60,447 nt of DNA, filler included, from Sphacelaria rigidula (GCA_964200075.2; 10 parts of 10 records of this genome joined end to end with filler, not necessarily neighbours in it); one strand, 5' to 3'; counted from the first letter of the whole stretch, positions 12,300-24,028 are shown. The notes: generated from the letters alone by a model not told the origin. Translations and numbers: made by a program.

Positions 12300-12800
12300 G
12301 ACTGTTCACGGCGCACGCGCGGATGGCGGTGTGAACCGCGGTAGATACTTCCTACGATAGCCCCCCTCCAAACCCAGCCCAGAAGTGTCACGACAAAATG
12401 GTCAAACAGCGCCTGATGTTTGGTTTCAGGCTGCATGAAGCGCCGCATATGGGCGGCATTGGCGAGAATAAACCCAACCATGGGAATTCCCAGCTGCTCG
12501 TTGTGCTCGGCTTTTTCCATTTCGAGTTACAGGAACATTTTGCCTCCCCAAACCAGGCACTTTTTCGTGGGGGGGGGGGGGCTATCGTCGAAAGTGTCGA
12601 TACTCTTTTCGTGAGATTGATGGGGGGATGGGACATACAAGGAGTATTATAACACGCACATTTCCTTTCAAAAAGGATGGATCGATCGATGGGGTGTGGT
12701 GTGTCCTGGCGTACTTTGCCCTTGTCGCATAGTTGTAGCACTGCAGCCTCTCAAAAATCTTGCTTCAAGTTCTCGAGAGTCGGTTTTACTCCAGGCTGGC
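12300..12800 (-). pseudogene. Possible piggyBac-like transposase C-terminal remnant
   Basis: Frameshifted pieces RLQCYNY...IDRS...LEMEK...TSSWEF...VGFILANA...LFDHFVVTLL loosely follow the piggyBac-type pattern Y..VD..N..R..E..W..F..NA. Heavily decayed. Confidence 0.3.
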
Positions 12801-13327
12801 GCGCAACAAGCGATGGTCGACACATAATTACTTAGTTTTGTTTGTCAAAAATCATGAAAAAAGTATATAAATAAATAACGCTACGAGTAGCCCTATCCCA
12901 AAGCCTCAACCCCTGTTAGACACCGAGAACTCTCGGACAAGGTACGCGAGTCACCCACCAAGTGCCCTATGATAGAAAAAGCATACGTCGCTCTGACTCA
13001 AGTCGAACCCAAAGTGAGTGCTGCCCGCGCTACGTGCACGCTGGGCGAACGATAACATTGGGATTTTGATCCTTCCAAAGATACGGATATGACGATCCAA
13101 CACTTTTTATCGTGTTTTGATCTCAATTCTTTACCCCTCCTATTCATCGGGGACATGTCCGTCCGCGGTCTCAAGGGGTCGATGAACCCATCTCTTCCCC
13201 AGTACATATACACGCGTTACATTTATTTCGGTGTTATCGCGGACGAGGCTGAAATTGGATTGGATTCGATTGGATCACGACCATCAGCACTCCTATATGC
13301 ACCGCGTCGACTACCGTGTAACGATTT

Positions 13328-14062
13328 CACGCCCTGGGTAGATAATGACAATACATGGTCAATAGATGCAACAATAGACAAAGAAGAAAGTACTGAGTAA
13401 AGTATGGACCTATTGCAACCATCGCCGATCATCAATAGTTAACGGTTCGGACGAATCATCGCAGGCCCGAATCACTAAATCCACGGTTGTCAGGCCTGAT
13501 TGCTCGAAAAAGACAGAAAGGTTGCACGGTTAGGACGAATCATCACGAATACGGATCACCAAATTAACGATTTCTTCGGCCTAATTACCAAAAAGGGAGA
13601 AAAAAGTCGACTGCTGGTCCAAGGGGGTATCCGCGCAACTTTTGCGCCATTCCACGTGTCTGGGCTGCTTGTACCTGGGTTGCAACGCTGAAACAAAGCC
13701 TAAGGATTGATTGATTCGTACGAATCGAATCAATTATACTAAAACCAAGTAATCTCCAGACGACTCATTATTTGTCCGACCCTTGGAAAAGTTGACCGCG
13801 GGTCAAAAAGGGTCTCCACGCAATTTTTGCGCCATTCCACGTGCCTGGGCTGTGCGTACCTGGGTTGCAACGCTGAAAACAAAGCATGAGGATTGATTCC
13901 TACGGTACGGATCAATGACACTAGAATCAAGTAATTTCCAGTCGAATCATTAATTCGTCCGATCCTTGCAATATTTGTAATAGGCCCATACTTTACCTAG
14001 TACGATATTTCTTGTCGATTGCATCTTTTGACCATGTATTGTCCTCATCCATCCAGGGTGTG
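13328..14062. mobile_element. hAT-type MITE family A, expanded by two nested MITE-B insertions
   Basis: TIRs of about 90 bp beginning CACGCCCTGG and ending CCAGGGTGTG, with 8-bp TSD AACGATTT/GACGATTT. An uninterrupted copy lies at 45995-46167. Confidence 0.85.
13441..13968 (-). mobile_element. hAT-type MITE family B (outer copy) containing a second copy at 13525-13785
   Basis: Ends (C/A)ACGGTT(C/A)GGACGAAT ... GTCCGA(T/C)CCTTG. Outer TSD is CAATAGTT/CAATATTT and the inner copy is flanked by GAAAGGTTG/GAAAAGTTG. Further copies lie at 15391-15645 and 44669-44931. Confidence 0.8.
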
Positions 14063-14208
14063 GACGATTTCTTGTTGCTACGTACATCCTCACGCTGTAA
14101 ACGACGGATATCAGATACTTTTGAGGGAAGAAAAAACAAAGTTGTCGAACTAGACGCACGTCTGGCGGGGACAACCGAACCGGCTTTTTCCCGCCCGAGT
14201 GGGGGTCG

Positions 14209-14595
14209 CCGCGCGCCTGTGGTATAATGGTCCGACTGTCGCCATCAGGGTGGAGAGAACGACGGGTTCGATTCCCGATGCGTTGGGTTTTACCTTCGCA
14301 ATGTCTAGTTTCTACCGCGGAAAGCGTGAGAACGTGAGTGAACGAAAGTAGTCGATCGAGTTTGTTTGACGCGAGTTGACGCGGTGCGGGAGTGCTGGTC
14401 ATGATCCAATCCGCGAGACCAACATGCAAGGCGTGTAGCAGGGGAGAGATGGGTTGATAGATCCCATGAGACCACGAGTTGTCCCGAGGAAGGAGAGGGG
14501 GTCAAGGTGCGACACATAAAATAAAATATTTTGAAATAAATTGGAATAAATTGAAATGAAAAGCGAAATGGAAGATAAAATGAAATAAAATAACA
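14209..14595 (+). mobile_element. tRNA-derived SINE, family 2 (full-length copy)
   Basis: A-box TGGTATAATGG, B-box GGTTCGATTCCC and an A-rich tail (AAATA/AAATG)n. Homologous to 40151-40439 (-). Confidence 0.8.
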
Positions 14596-14795
14596 CAAAA
14601 AAAGTGGTGTCAGTTGTATCATTTCAATTTACACCACCGGGTCGAACCGGAACCAACTATACAATCACCGACCGCTTACTGGCGCCGAATTGGGATGAGC
14701 TCTACTGATACCAGATGCCGTATATGATACACCTGAGTGGCCAACTTTGCGGGGTAAAATTCCGAGAAAATTCTGGACGGCTCGTGTATACACAC

Positions 14796-14906
14796 CTCTG
14801 CCAACCTCTGGAGCCGGATGAAGGCGCGAACCATGGGCGGCAAGCCGGTAGCTGTGTCGCCAACCGAAGACGCATCCACCATTCCAGCTTCTCTCGCCTT
14901 TTTAAC
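14796..14906 (-). CDS. NUP93: Nuclear pore protein Nup93/Nic96, third visible exon (VKKAREAGMVDASSVGDTATGLPPMVRAFIRLQRLAE)
   Basis: Boundaries aaag|GTT ... GAG|gtgtgt, 111 nt, phase 0/0. VRAFIRL matches the Nup93 'IRAFLR' helix that follows the 'LE.Q' helix. Confidence 0.75.
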
Positions 14907-15069
14907 CTTTTCGGGGGGGGGGGGGGGTTCGGTCGCGGGAATAATCGTGATGTATGTTATCATCGTCATTATAATGTGGCGAGACCTGACAGATGTGCTT
15001 TTGGGACACACACACAGAAAACGAAGGATTTGTAACCTGATTGTTCGGTTAAAGGTCCTGCACGTTCAC

Positions 15070-16200
15070 GGCGGTACTGCAGATCTATCTACAAAACGTC
15101 TATAGAATGAACAGGTAGCCCGTAGACTCTACATCCGACAGGCAGGCGTATATGCAGCGACCCTGTACATGTGCAGGGACTCTCTGTGTGTATGCAGGGA
15201 CCCTACATCTCCAAGAACCCTGTTCATGTGCAGGTACTCTACATCTGTATGGACCCCGATCACCCGGAGGGACCCCGTACATATACAGACTACATCTGCA
15301 GATGACCCGTTCATCCGCAGGGACTCTGGACATACGCAGGGACTCTACATCTGCAGATACCCCGTTCATCCGCAGCGAGTCCGTACGTACCAAGGGTCGG
15401 ACAAATAATGACTCGTCTGGAAATTACTTGGTTTTAGTATGATGAATCGACTCGGGACGGATCAATCCCTAGGCTTCATTTCAGCGGTCGACCCCGATAC
15501 ACGCAGCCCGGACACGTGGAATGGCGAAAATGTTGCGTGGATACCGGTTGGATCAGCGATCAACTTTTTTCTCCCTTTTGGGCAATCAGGCCGAAGAAAT
15601 CGTCAATGTGGTGATTTTGAGTCGTGATGATTTGTCCTAACCGTGGATATACGTAGGGACTCCAGATGCGCAGAGACCCTGTTCATCCACAGGGATTCCT
15701 ACCATATGTAGGTATTCTACATTCGCAGACACCCCCTACATCTCCAGGAACCCTGTTCATCCGCAGGGACTCCGTACATACGCGGATACCCTACATCTGC
15801 AGAAACCCCGATCACCCGGAGGGACCCCGTACATATACAGGGATTCTAAATCTGCAGATAACCCGTTCATCCGCAGGGACTCCACGTCTGCAGAGACCCC
15901 GTTCATCCGCAGGAACTCTGTAAATATGCAGGACTCTACATCTGCAGAGACCCCGTTCATCCGCAGGGACTCTGTACGTACGCAGGGACTCCACGTCTGC
16001 AGAGACCCCGTTCATCCGCAGGAACTCTGTAAATATGCAGGGACTCTACATCTGCAGAGACCCTGTTCATCCGCAGGAACTCTGTACATATGCGGGGACT
16101 CTACATCTGCAGAGACCCTACTCATCCGGATGGGCTCCGTACATGTGCCGGGGCTCTTCATCTGCACAGAACACGCTCATCCTCAGGAACTCTGTACTAG
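15070..16200. repeat. Intronic 55-bp minisatellite, interrupted by MITE-B at 15391-15645
   Basis: Unit GGGACTCTACATCTGCAGAGACCCCGTTCATCCGCAGGGACTCTGTACGTACGCA is repeated with divergence. It explains the repetitive ORFs (MNGVSADVESLR). Confidence 0.9.
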
Positions 16201-16298
16201 CGAGAACTCCAATACTCAAGATTGACCATCTGAAGTACAGGAGTCCAATACCGGGAACAATGATGTTACTCTACTAGATACAGTCGGGCACACCTCAC

Positions 16299-16355
16299 CC
16301 GAAGCGTGTTTTTCAGTATTGGACCGAAGCGTGTTTTTCAGTATTGGACCGAAGC
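16299..16355. repeat. Perfect 25-bp tandem duplication
   Basis: CCGAAGCGTGTTTTTCAGTATTGGA twice, plus CCGAAGC. Confidence 0.9.
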
Positions 16356-16642
16356 CTGACCCGACCACACCGTAAAATCAAATGAAAGGTGGGCGCCTGA
16401 CTAACGCTTGTAGGTTTTTCGTTGACCATCTTCCGTGTATCCATGGTTACGATCGGTCTTCTTCGTGCCCATTAATAAAAAAAAACTCTTGACGGTAATA
16501 AGGCGTTTGACCCGGGGATGGGAGAGTAGGCTTCCACAGGGGCTAAAAAACACACGCATTGACATATGGGGCTCCTGGAGATCGTGATCTTGAGGATTGG
16601 TTGTTGAAGCCGGTGTTACTATGCTACGGAACAAGCGCACAC

Positions 16643-16754
16643 CTGCCCTTGGAGAACCTCGTAGAACTGGTTCTCGAGGAACCTCAGCGTGCCCTTGAGT
16701 CTGGTGTCGGCTTGGCTGGGTTCTCCTTGCCACCGGTCATCTTCCAATACGCTT
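16643..16754 (-). CDS. NUP93: Nup93/Nic96, second visible exon ((K)SVLEDDRWQGEPSQADTRLKGTLRFLENQFYEVLQGQ)
   Basis: Long polypyrimidine tract, then cag|AAGC ... CAG|gtgtgc. 112 nt, phase 2/0, in frame with both neighbouring exons. LKGTLRFLENQF resembles the Nic96 'L..GAR..LE.Q(F/Y)' motif. This frame is absent from the ORF track. Confidence 0.75.
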
Positions 16755-17604
16755 CTGCTCTCTCATCATGACAACGGCAAGAGAGAAAAAAAAGGAAATA
16801 AGGAACGAAAAAAAAAGGGGAGCGTCAACACAAAACACTAGATTGACCATGTGAGCAAAAGCAAGGTGAAAACTCAAGTGCGTTTTGGATGATGACAAGG
16901 GCCACCTCGACCAAAATGTTCATGTATGGTTCGACTTATCAAGAAAGTCGCGGGGACAACAAGACTCAAGAGGCGAAATATAGCAAACAAAAAATGCGGC
17001 AAATAAATTGGCATTTGAACATTTCCGGGGGGGGGGGGGGGGAAGTATATGGGAATAATGTTGCAGCAATACATGAATAAGTTCAAACCATTTGACCCCC
17101 AGGGTGGGCGATCTGGGTATCGAATACATTTTCCCGGGTGAAAATAGTGCCGATTCAACAGATAAACTACTCTGGCAGTGAAACGGGTCAGCTTCTTGTT
17201 TTATTATTTGTCGTCAATTTGCTCCTGTCTCTTCACCGAGAGGTCCGTATCCGTAGTCACAAGGTACCAAACCCATCATCTATTCCCCTGGTCGGTACCA
17301 ACGCGACATTTTGATATTGATGATTGGATAATGACTATTCCCCGCATCGCGTGGGCTATCTTCGAATTTCATTGATTTCATCAAACGGTTATAAACCCAC
17401 CGCATAGATGTATCAAAGTATCAAAACACTGTTGCGGAATTATATCCAACCGCACCCTCTCCCATCTTCCCCGCCTATTGAGTGAATGTCGAATGAATAG
17501 AAAATGAACACAAACTCAACACACACTTTGCACCCGCCGAATGGAAGAAGACACAGGGAGCCGCTACGCACGCAAGGAACAACACACAAGAAATGCCTCC
17601 TCAC

Positions 17605-17717
17605 TTGAGCATGTGCCACGCGTTGGAATAGGCGTATTCAGTTCCAGCCCTTGATCCGGTAGGGACGGCTTTGGCAGCAGATGCGGCGAGCTTTGTAGCC
17701 AACGGGAACGTCCCTCT
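17605..17717 (-). CDS. NUP93: Nup93/Nic96, first visible exon (RGTFPLATKLAASAAKAVPTGSRAGTEYAYSNAWHML(K))
   Basis: Polypyrimidine tract, then cag|AGA ... CAA|gtgagg. 113 nt, ending in phase 2. The F-P-x-A and W-x-x-L spacing matches plant and animal Nup93 as I recall them. Confidence 0.7.
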
Positions 17718-18165
17718 CTGCTTCGATGGGGAACGAAAAATAAACAGAACTATATAAAAAAAAGGAAAAAAAAAAAGGAAAAACAATGCCTGCTATGAAG
17801 AATGACGAGATATCTTGAGCGAATGGCATAATATACAGAGATACTTCCTCCAACACATCAGTAGAGTCGGTTAGGTTGGCATGGGCCCTCAACCTTGTCC
17901 GATACTGTCAGCGATGGTATTTTTGAAATCCTTTTAATTTTTTTGAATGAGCACTGCTACGATAGGGGTTGCATTTCTTGTTTCTGGGTCTCTTTTTACG
18001 AGCTGGGCCAGCCCAGAAACGGATTTAACCTGGCAAAGCAATATCTCATCACCGGAAACGGATTGNNNNNNNNNNNNNNNNNNNNNNNNNNNNNNNNNNN
18101 NNNNNNNNNTTAATTAATTAANNNNNNNNNNNNNNNNNNNNNNNNNNNNNNNNNNNNNNNNNNNN

Positions 18166-18258
18166 ATATTTTCATTAGTCGTGTTTTGGATGAGAGAAGG
18201 GGCTCCTAACAATTCTAACCTCAGAAATTATATCTGTACCCCTACCGTAGCATCACTC
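18166..18258. repeat. Dispersed repeat that truncates the Gypsy integrase; homologous to 36430-36525
   Basis: TTTTCAT(T/A)AGTCGTGTTT..GGATGAGA..GGGCTCCT(A/G)ACA..CCCTACCGTAGCATCACTC is shared between two contigs. Confidence 0.75.
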
Positions 18259-18268
18259 TAGAGAGCAT

Positions 18269-19651
18269 CTAGGCCATGGTATGATTAATTCTTTCGGTAC
18301 CACCGTTACCGTTCGGGTGGTGGGCGCTCGTGGCAATTTTGCGGATGCCCAGGAGCTTGTAAAACTCATCAGAGAGGTCTGAACAAAATTGCTGACCATT
18401 GTCTGAAAGTAGTCGCTTTGGGCAGCCGTAGTGCTTACTGTAATCATGGACCATTATGTCGGCCGTTCCGGCGGCAGTGAAATCTACGGCGGTTACCGCG
18501 TACATGGACGCGTGGCGGCTAAAGCGGTCAGTGAAGAGTAAGATGTAGGTGTTGCCGCGACCTGTGGTCGGGAGAGGGCCGAAGTAGTCTAAGGACACAA
18601 GGTGGCCGGGCTCATCGGGGAGTCCCATAGAGATCACGGGCCAGCGTACCGTCTGTCGTGAAGTTTTGCGGGCTTGGCATTTAAAGTATCGCCGAATCCA
18701 GAAGCGGGTTGAAATTTCCATGCCAACCCACCAGTGGAAGCGTTCCAAGAGCGCGAGGGTGCGGGTGACGCCAAGGTGACAGGACAAGTCTGTGTGGCAG
18801 CCTTTCATGACCCAGGGACGCATTAATAATGGCACATAAATACGCGTTGGTTCGTCATTGAGTAGTCGTGCGGTGCGTCCCGTAGTTGAGGCGGCAATTG
18901 CGCCTGTCAAGGGTGTGGGCCGACGTACGAGTAGTTGCACGCCTTCATCCGTAGTAAAAAGGGTGTCTTTACGCACGAGCTTGTATACGTCAAAAATAAC
19001 TGGTGGTGGCAGTGTTCCAACCGGGGCCAGAAGTGTGGACGGAAAAGGGACTAGACAGTGAAGTTGTAAGTACCGGATGGCTGCGCGACATAGTGGTTCT
19101 GCGTTCTGTTCCCCAGCCCAATCGCGGTGGGAGTAGCTGGCGAGAAACTCGCGTAGTTGACCTTCCGCTGGCGAGCCAACCAAACATGGTAGGCCAGGCG
19201 GCGGGGGAAAAGGCGACGGGGCAGAAACGCCGATGTCAATATCTGTCCCGGGAGCACGAGATGCGTTGTCAGTTCCGTGTTCGGAGGTAGGAGATGTTTG
19301 CGGCACCGTTATTGGCGGCGTTATTGTATCAGTGCGCGGCGAAGATTGTTCGCGGCGCGTGGCGCACGGTGCAGAAGTTTTCGCGGAGCTTTGTGTGTTG
19401 GACCGTGGAACTTGTGCTGGGTGGCTTATAGAGGTTGAAGGTGTTGCTGGTGGCGGCGGGGCACTCGGTGTGGTGCGGGCGGCAGACCGGGAGCGCGTGT
19501 TGTCGGAGATAAGGTGGGTGACTGGAGGTGTCTCCGCGAAGAGTTTCGCGCGAGTACCGAAAGTGCGAAAATCGACAAAATCGGAGATAATGGGCTTTAA
19601 CCCACCCAAGACGGCGTCATATGGTAGAGGGCGAGGTCCTCCCATACGCAT
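18269..19651 (-). pseudogene. Gypsy integrase (HHCC-like domain plus rve core, 3' truncated) preceded by a Pro/Thr-rich spacer
   Basis: CHTDLSCHLGVTRT...FHWWVGM...KCQARK; VSLDYFGPLP; LFTDRFSR; LLSDNGQQF; HPNGNGGTER. Confidence 0.93.
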
Positions 19652-19789
19652 ACCGGTTTCCGGGCACTGTAGGTCGAGGGCGTAAACGGGCGTTAAAAAC
19701 GTCTGATAGCGTGAATTCCGGGTTCATCGGGTTCCGTTAAACGGCAAGCCGGGCTGGAATCTGCGGCCGTAGGCGGCAGAGGTAGGCGG

Positions 19790-20507
19790 GAAAGAAGATC
19801 CGCGTTCCCGTTGGTTTTGCCTGGACGGTGCTTAATGGTATACTGGTATGCTGTTAGAAACTCCAATCATCGTTGTACACGAAGGTTGTGTTTACCAACC
19901 TTGGCGAGTTGTTCAAGTGCTCCTTGATCCGTATAGAGATCTCGAAGAGAACGTGAAATAGATATTGTCGGAGGCGCTTAATGGTCCAAGTGATTACTCC
20001 GCCTTCCAGTTCTAGTGGACTTCAATTGGCCTCGTTGGGCAGCGTAGCGCGGCTGATATAAAGGATGGATCGGACAGAGCCATCAACCTGAGGTTGACCC
20101 AAAACTCCTCCAAAACCATTTGTGCTGGCGTCAGTATGGAGTTGGAAAAGGCGGGAGCCATCTTGTACTGCCTCCCAATCAGGAAAGCAAAGTACGGGCT
20201 TTTCGGTAAGCGTCTTGAGTAGTTCGCGGGTGATAGTCTCCATTTCTTTGGTGAAAGAACACACGGCTCCTTTCTTAAGTAGCTCAGTAAGGGGGCGAAT
20301 CCGTTTCGACAAATTCGGCAAACAATTGCGGTAGTAGGATAGCCCACCCAATAATGAGCGAAGTTGCGGAATGTTAGTTGGCATCGGCAAATCAGTCATC
20401 GCCTTGACTTTGTTTGTATCCGGATGCAGGCCTGCTGGTGAAATGGAATGCCGCAAGAAATCCAAGTCAGTCGCGCCAAGGCGAGCTTTGGATGGAGACA
20501 GTTTCAA
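19790..20507 (-). pseudogene. Gypsy RT connection domain and RNase H
   Basis: LRSLLGGLSYYR, LHTDASTNGFGGVLGQ, ISRATLPNEAN, then after stops ELEGG...YTD...NADLLSRLP. Confidence 0.92.
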
Positions 20508-20534
20508 ATCGTGCGTACGTAGGCGAGAGATAAA

Positions 20535-21150
20535 TTATCGTAGAGTGCATATATGTACAATAAGTGAGGCATCGAAAGCGATAGCGTCATCCAGGTACAT
20601 GATGATGTGCTCGAGGCCCTCGGTGACGCGTTGCATTAAGCGTTGAAAGCACCCCGGGGCAGTGACGGCGCCTTGTGGCATGCGAAGCCACTCATAGAGT
20701 CCGGACGAGGTGCAAAAAGCCGTCAGTGGGACTGTGTCAGGGTGTATAGCATTCTGAAAAAATCCAGACGCGAGGTCGAAGGTGCTGAATATTTTGCCTT
20801 CGCCTAAGGAGTCAAAGACTTCATCAATGCGGGGAATTGAAAGTTTACCGACGACAGTGACGCGGTTCAACCGTTGATAGTTCACGGTGATGCGTGTGTT
20901 TCCATCCTTTTTGGGAACGACCACAAGTGGCGAGGCCCAAGGAGAGGAGGAATGTTGGATTAGTCCCGCTCCCAAATACGCATCCAAGATGGCGTTAACT
21001 TTCTTGATAAGGATTGGGTTGGTGCGGTATGGCCGAGAAGAAATCGGCGAGGCACCGGGTTGGAGGGTAACCTAAAAGGGCAGTGTTTTGCAATGCCCAA
21101 GATCCGTCTTGGATCGGGAAAATCGGTCTTGGTACTGTAGCAGGACACCA
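20535..21150 (-). pseudogene. Gypsy reverse transcriptase
   Basis: SSSPWASPLVVVPKKDG, FDLASGFFQ, YEWLRMPQG and the catalytic YLDD (20586-20597). Confidence 0.95.
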
Positions 21151-21476
21151 CTGAGTTCTTGGATGACTGCCGGTTCCCAGCCGGACCCATGAAGGTCAAA
21201 GTTGATGTCGCGCATGTGTGGCGGCAGTTGGTACCACATGTGCAAGAAGCTATTCCGAGAATCTGGTGATAAGCGTTGAAGCACTTCAGCAGGAGGATCG
21301 GAATTTGACTGGCCAGGATCCACGGTGTGGACCTGCGGTGGAGTAGCAGAGGCGACATCGAAATAAGGTTCATCGACACAATGTACTGACTCCGCCAGAG
21401 ATGTGGTGTTTGGTGCGGCAGGCTCTGTGACGCACGTCTCGAGTGGGATGTGCATCAGGGGAGCAGCGGCGATTCC

Positions 21477-22910
21477 TTAAACATCGGCGGGTTCCAAGTT
21501 AGCATGGCCCGTAAGAGGGAGGAGTTGTTGTCCCACCGACACAAAATGTTCTGTGTCGGCTGGTGCGCCAATACGGGGTAACATTTCGGCAAGATAATGG
21601 CCCGTAAGTGCTGGCAGGCCATTTCGGCGAACTAGTGCAACTTCAAGAAGTTGGGGGTCGTTGGAGAGTGTGATACCCACACTACCGGTATATCGTAGGT
21701 GGTAAGCAGCTCCGGTTGCTTGAGGATTCTTCTGATAAGCCAGGGCGCCGTGGAAAGTACCGAAGTGCTCGACGTTGAATTTTCCACGCGGCGGGGAATG
21801 TGGCGTTAGTGGTGGAAGCGTGCGGTAGGTGCTTTTATTAAACCGCATATAGCTATATCTGCCCAATAATATGGCGTGATGCATGGTGCTGTCGAGGACA
21901 ACGTATGTCCAGACTGCCAGGCTGGCAGATCGAGTGGTGTTGTGAAGGAATTGAACACTGAGACGTACGGATTGACGTGTCGTCAGTAGCGCGGCCGAGT
22001 CACCGAAACCGCCCCACACGCGAGGTTTGGTGGTGGTTTCGCAAGCTGCAGTAGCAGCGCCGGTCTGTTTCATGTGTTTCCATGTTGATTGTCTAATGAA
22101 CGTTTGCGGGCTGCCGCTGTCCCACAAGGGTACGCATTTCGTAGGCGTGATAGTGTTTGGACCGGCATGGATCGCAACGCGAGTAGTTAAAGAGGCCGGA
22201 TCGACAAACACTTTGCCGCCGACAAGATCCGGACCGTGTTCCGGCAATGTAAACTGGTCAGGATCAGTGGGGCTGACAGTAAAAACGCACGGCGGGTGAT
22301 CCGCCGGTGGGTCAGATGTCTCACCAGAGAAGGGGGTGGACAGTATATTATTTCCAGGTGTGGCACGGTCATTGGCGATTTCGTAAATGATCGTCTTTGG
22401 TTGACAGGGATCACCGTCGAAGGGGGATCCAGGATGTGCGGGGCTGGAGCCGTCGATTGAAGAAGTAGTGCCGTTAGAATCATGTGATTTTGTTTCTTCC
22501 GGGATACTTGATAGAGCCGTGGAGCTAAAATTCGTCGCATTTTGGAGAGATTGAGGTCGAGGATTTCCGCTCGAAAGAGGTGTACGTAATGATGCGCGCG
22601 CGTCCTTGGGGGCATGCTGACGGGGCTTTCTCTTTCGCTGTGACAAAAGTCGGGGAACTTCCAAAACAGCTGGGGATGAAACCACAACTGCGTCCAGTTG
22701 CGTGGATGGGGTCAGCATCGGGGCATGACGGAGCGAAACTCGTGGGCTGCTTTCCGTAGGCAAGTTTGGCTGTTGGGGCATAGCCGAAGATATGTGGGGG
22801 CGGTTGTTAATAAAACCGGCCGAAGGTAGGTCCGTGCGTCTTGAAAATCGCGGGGAAGGAGCCCGATCGAACTGATTGAGAATTACATGATCCGATGAGA
22901 TCAGGTTCAA
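21477..22910 (-). pseudogene. Gypsy aspartic protease with long flanking extensions
   Basis: Catalytic motif LWDSGSPQTFI (about 22120) and downstream ILLGR. Confidence 0.85.
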
Positions 22911-23386
22911 ATCAGCAACACTTGGGTCAGCTGAAAAAGGCTTGCTGCTACCTGTGCGTGCGGCCGCAGAGGGAAGCCTTTGCCTCAGGGACTAGCGGCT
23001 GGTCTTCCCACACCTCAGACTTATACTCGGTACTGAAGGACCAAGTTCAGTGCCGGGTGTAGGTCTGAGTCGCGGGTTGTCACAACTGTTACGCGGTGTA
23101 TGGAGAGACGAAGACGGGGGTCGATTTGAACGGCTGTCCGTTGCGCTCCTGCATAGTGCCGGGAGAGCCGGGCGGATAATCTTAGTCGCGGGCTCTGCGG
23201 ACTGTCTTGAAAATTGTGTGGAGATTCGAGACGGGGGTCGATATGAACAGCCGTCAGTTACGCTCCTGGATAGTGCCGGGGCAGTCGAGTCAGCAATTTT
23301 TGACACGGACTCCGCGGGATGTGTTGAAAAGTCTTCGCTCGTGCTATCGCCGGCGTGGAAGGCCGAAGAACGCCGGCGTCGGCACG

Positions 23387-24028
23387 TCATGGATCTAAGC
23401 GATCCGAAGTGAAGGTACCAGGGTTTCTGGTGTTGGGATTAGAACTTTGTCTCGGTCCCGTCCGTTGGTGTCTATCAGCGGAACGTTTGTTGTCGCGAGA
23501 ATTTTGATCGTTCTGGCGAGGCTTTCCGTGATTGTTGTTGTGTCGGCGACCGCGATTAGAGCTCTTGTTGCCACGGTGGTTCGAATTGTTGCGGTAATTT
23601 CGACTTGGTGGACGATAATCGCGCATGCGTTTTTGCCATCGGCGCCACGCGGGTTCATCGTCCTGCAATTCAGGGTTCATGAGATCAAAGGCATAGATGC
23701 ATGGATTGTCACAATCGCGCATGCTGTGCCCTTGAACACTACAGTTGATGCAACTGTTGGCATGACTGCTGAAGGCATTGCGTCTAGCGGAAGACGAAAG
23801 AAGTGGGTTCCACAGATGGGGGTCATCGGTTATGAATGCCGTTGTTGAAGTCAGATAAACATCATCCCAAGTTTCCTCGGAAAACGGCCAACCGTCAAAA
23901 CTCGCGCTAAATGCATCTCTGGTGCTCTGAACATGCATAACTGAACCAGCGACTGAGTCGGGGATCCATGAAGCGCGAGACGAGTTCGAATTCCTGCCGC
24001 GAGCCCCTTCGGCATGAGCGGAAGACAC
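23387..24028 (-). pseudogene. Gypsy gag C-terminus with CCHC zinc knuckle
   Basis: CINCSVQGHSMRDC (Cx2Cx4Hx4C, 23711-23752) followed by an N/R-rich basic tail. Confidence 0.85.

Larger units (their letters stand above)
13110..14160 (-). mobile_element. SINE family 2 copy split by a nested MITE stack
   Basis: 13130-13325 and 14063-14150 are collinear with the SINE2 copies at 14209-14595 (+) and 40151-40439 (-). Confidence 0.6.

Noticed and set aside
15100..16277. Cluster of repetitive ORFs (MNGVSADVESLR...)
   Set aside because: These are translations of a 55-bp minisatellite (period not a multiple of 3) inside a Nup93 intron.
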